A stretch of 42,050 nt of DNA from a virus (Duplodnaviria > Heunggongvirae > Uroviricota > Caudoviricetes), in IMG/VR virus record IMGVR_UViG_2609459854_000002; one strand, given 5' to 3'. Both the position numbers and the translations under genes were made by a program. Under the pieces are notes generated by a model. It was not told where the DNA came from, did not search any database, and saw nothing but the letters and a program-made list of their open reading frames with translations. Positions 40,706 through 42,050 of the stretch are shown in pieces. The number at the start of each line of letters is the position of its first letter. The first letter of the stretch is position 1.

Positions 40706-40720
40706 TTAGTATAAAAAAGC
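40706..40720. repeat. attL core (B-O-P' junction); 15-bp lambda-type core
   Basis: TTAGTATAAAAAAGC on + strand, identical to the copy at 568..582; phage side (40633..40705) resembles the lambda P' arm, host side continues AGGCTTCA (lambda B arm-like). Confidence 0.85.
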
Positions 40721-40766
40721 AGGCTTCAACGGATTCATTTTTCTATTTCATAGCCCGGAGCAACCT

Positions 40767-42050
40767 GTGAACACATTTTCAGTTTCCCGTCTGGCGCTGG
40801 CATTGGCTTTTGGCGTGACGCTGACCGCCTGTAGCTCAACCCCGCCCGATCAACGTCCTTCTGATCAAACCGCGCCTGGTACCTCTTCTCGCCCGATTCT
40901 GTCGGCAAAAGAAGCGCAGAATTTCGATGCTCAACACTATTTTGCATCCCTGACACCAGGTGCTGCAGCGTGGAATCCTTCCCCGATTACCCTGCCTGCG
41001 CAACCTGACTTTGTTGTCGGCCCGGCGGGCACTCAAGGTGTAACGCATACCACGATTCAGGCGGCGGTAGATGCGGCAATTATCAAGCGTACCAACAAGC
41101 GCCAGTATATTGCCGTGATGCCTGGTGAGTATCAGGGAACGGTATATGTCCCTGCCGCTCCGGGTGGAATTACTCTGTACGGTACAGGTGAAAAACCGAT
41201 TGATGTGAAGATTGGGCTTTCCCTTGATGGTGGCATGAGCCCTGCCGACTGGCGTCACGACGTCAACCCGCGCGGCAAATATATGCCAGGTAAACCAGCG
41301 TGGTATATGTACGATAGCTGCCAGAGCAAACGCAGCGACAGTATCGGTGTTCTCTGCTCTGCGGTCTTCTGGTCACAAAACAATGGCCTGCAACTGCAAA
41401 ATCTGACCATCGAAAACACGCTGGGCGATAGCGTAGATGCAGGTAACCATCCGGCGGTGGCACTGCGTACTGATGGTGACCAGGTACAGATTAACAACGT
41501 TAACATTCTCGGTCGTCAGAACACCTTCTTTGTCACCAACAGCGGTGTGCAGAACCGTCTGGAAACCAACCGTCAGCCGCGTACGCTGGTGACCAACAGC
41601 TACATTGAAGGGGATGTGGATATCGTTTCTGGTCGCGGCGCAGTGGTGTTCGATAACACCGAATTCCGCGTGGTGAACTCACGTACTCAGCAAGAAGCGT
41701 ATGTGTTTGCACCGGCTACGCTGTCCAACATTTACTACGGTTTCCTCGCCGTAAACAGCCGTTTCAATGCTTTCGGTGATGGTGTGGCGCAACTGGGCCG
41801 CTCGCTGGATGTTGATGCCAATACCAACGGTCAGGTGGTGATCCGTGATAGCGCCATCAACGAAGGTTTTAACACGGCTAAACCGTGGGCCGATGCGGTG
41901 ATCTCTAATCGTCCGTTTGCGGGTAATACCGGCAGCGTAGATGATAACGACGAAATACAGCGCAATCTGAATGACACTAACTACAACCGCATGTGGGAAT
42001 ACAATAACCGCGGCGTGGGTAGTAAAGTGGTTGCAGAGGCGAAGAAGTAA
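40767..42050 (+). CDS. ybhC: YbhC-like pectinesterase-family lipoprotein (host gene flanking the prophage)
   Basis: 427-codon ORF beginning at GTG with lipoprotein signal (…LALAFGVTLTACSS…); recognised from memory as E. coli YbhC; complete, ends at window end. Confidence 0.85.
   Translation: MNTFSVSRLALALAFGVTLTACSSTPPDQRPSDQTAPGTSSRPILSAKEAQNFDAQHYFASLTPGAAAWNPSPITLPAQPDFVVGPAGTQGVTHTTIQAAVDAAIIKRTNKRQYIAVMPGEYQGTVYVPAAPGGITLYGTGEKPIDVKIGLSLDGGMSPADWRHDVNPRGKYMPGKPAWYMYDSCQSKRSDSIGVLCSAVFWSQNNGLQLQNLTIENTLGDSVDAGNHPAVALRTDGDQVQINNVNILGRQNTFFVTNSGVQNRLETNRQPRTLVTNSYIEGDVDIVSGRGAVVFDNTEFRVVNSRTQQEAYVFAPATLSNIYYGFLAVNSRFNAFGDGVAQLGRSLDVDANTNGQVVIRDSAINEGFNTAKPWADAVISNRPFAGNTGSVDDNDEIQRNLNDTNYNRMWEYNNRGVGSKVVAEAKK

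Larger units (their letters stand above)
568..40720. mobile_element. Integrated mosaic lambdoid prophage (P22-like virion/lysis/immunity modules, lambda-type int-xis-att module)
   Basis: Bounded by identical 15-bp direct repeats matching the lambda att core; interior contains int, xis, repressor, cro, replication, nin, lysis and a full P22-like morphogenesis gene set with no obvious frameshifts. Confidence 0.9.

Overview
This window holds a complete, apparently intact mosaic lambdoid prophage of about 40.1 kb (568..40720) inserted between the host genes ybhB (1..477) and ybhC (40767..42050), which is the classical phage lambda attB location. Identical 15-bp att cores (TTAGTATAAAAAAGC as read on the + strand) sit at both junctions, with lambda-like P and P' arm sequence on the phage side. 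The integration module (xis, int) and the early-left region (N-like antiterminator, cIII, kil-like) look lambda/phage-21-like. The immunity region (c2 repressor, cro), replication (O-like initiator with internal iterons, DnaB-like helicase), nin region, lysis cassette (pinholin, SAR endolysin, Rz/Rz1) and the whole virion module (terminase, portal, scaffold, coat, gp4/10/26, ejection proteins gp14/7/20/16, tailspike) are P22-like and lie on the minus strand. Accessory content includes an acyltransferase-3 gene next to a tailspike with a P22-type N-terminal head-binding domain but a different receptor-binding body; an uncharacterised gene cluster at the position P22 uses for immI (4016..5964) with a divergent control region carrying repeated palindromic motifs; two HNH-AP2 homing-endonuclease-like genes antisense within the late operon; two tRNA genes between the Q-like gene and the holin; an orphan C5-cytosine methyltransferase; and a run of small early genes joined by a repeated Shine-Dalgarno/GTG junction cassette. 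All protein identifications are from reading the translations and from memory of phage protein families; no database search was run, and all coordinates of starts are approximate where stated.
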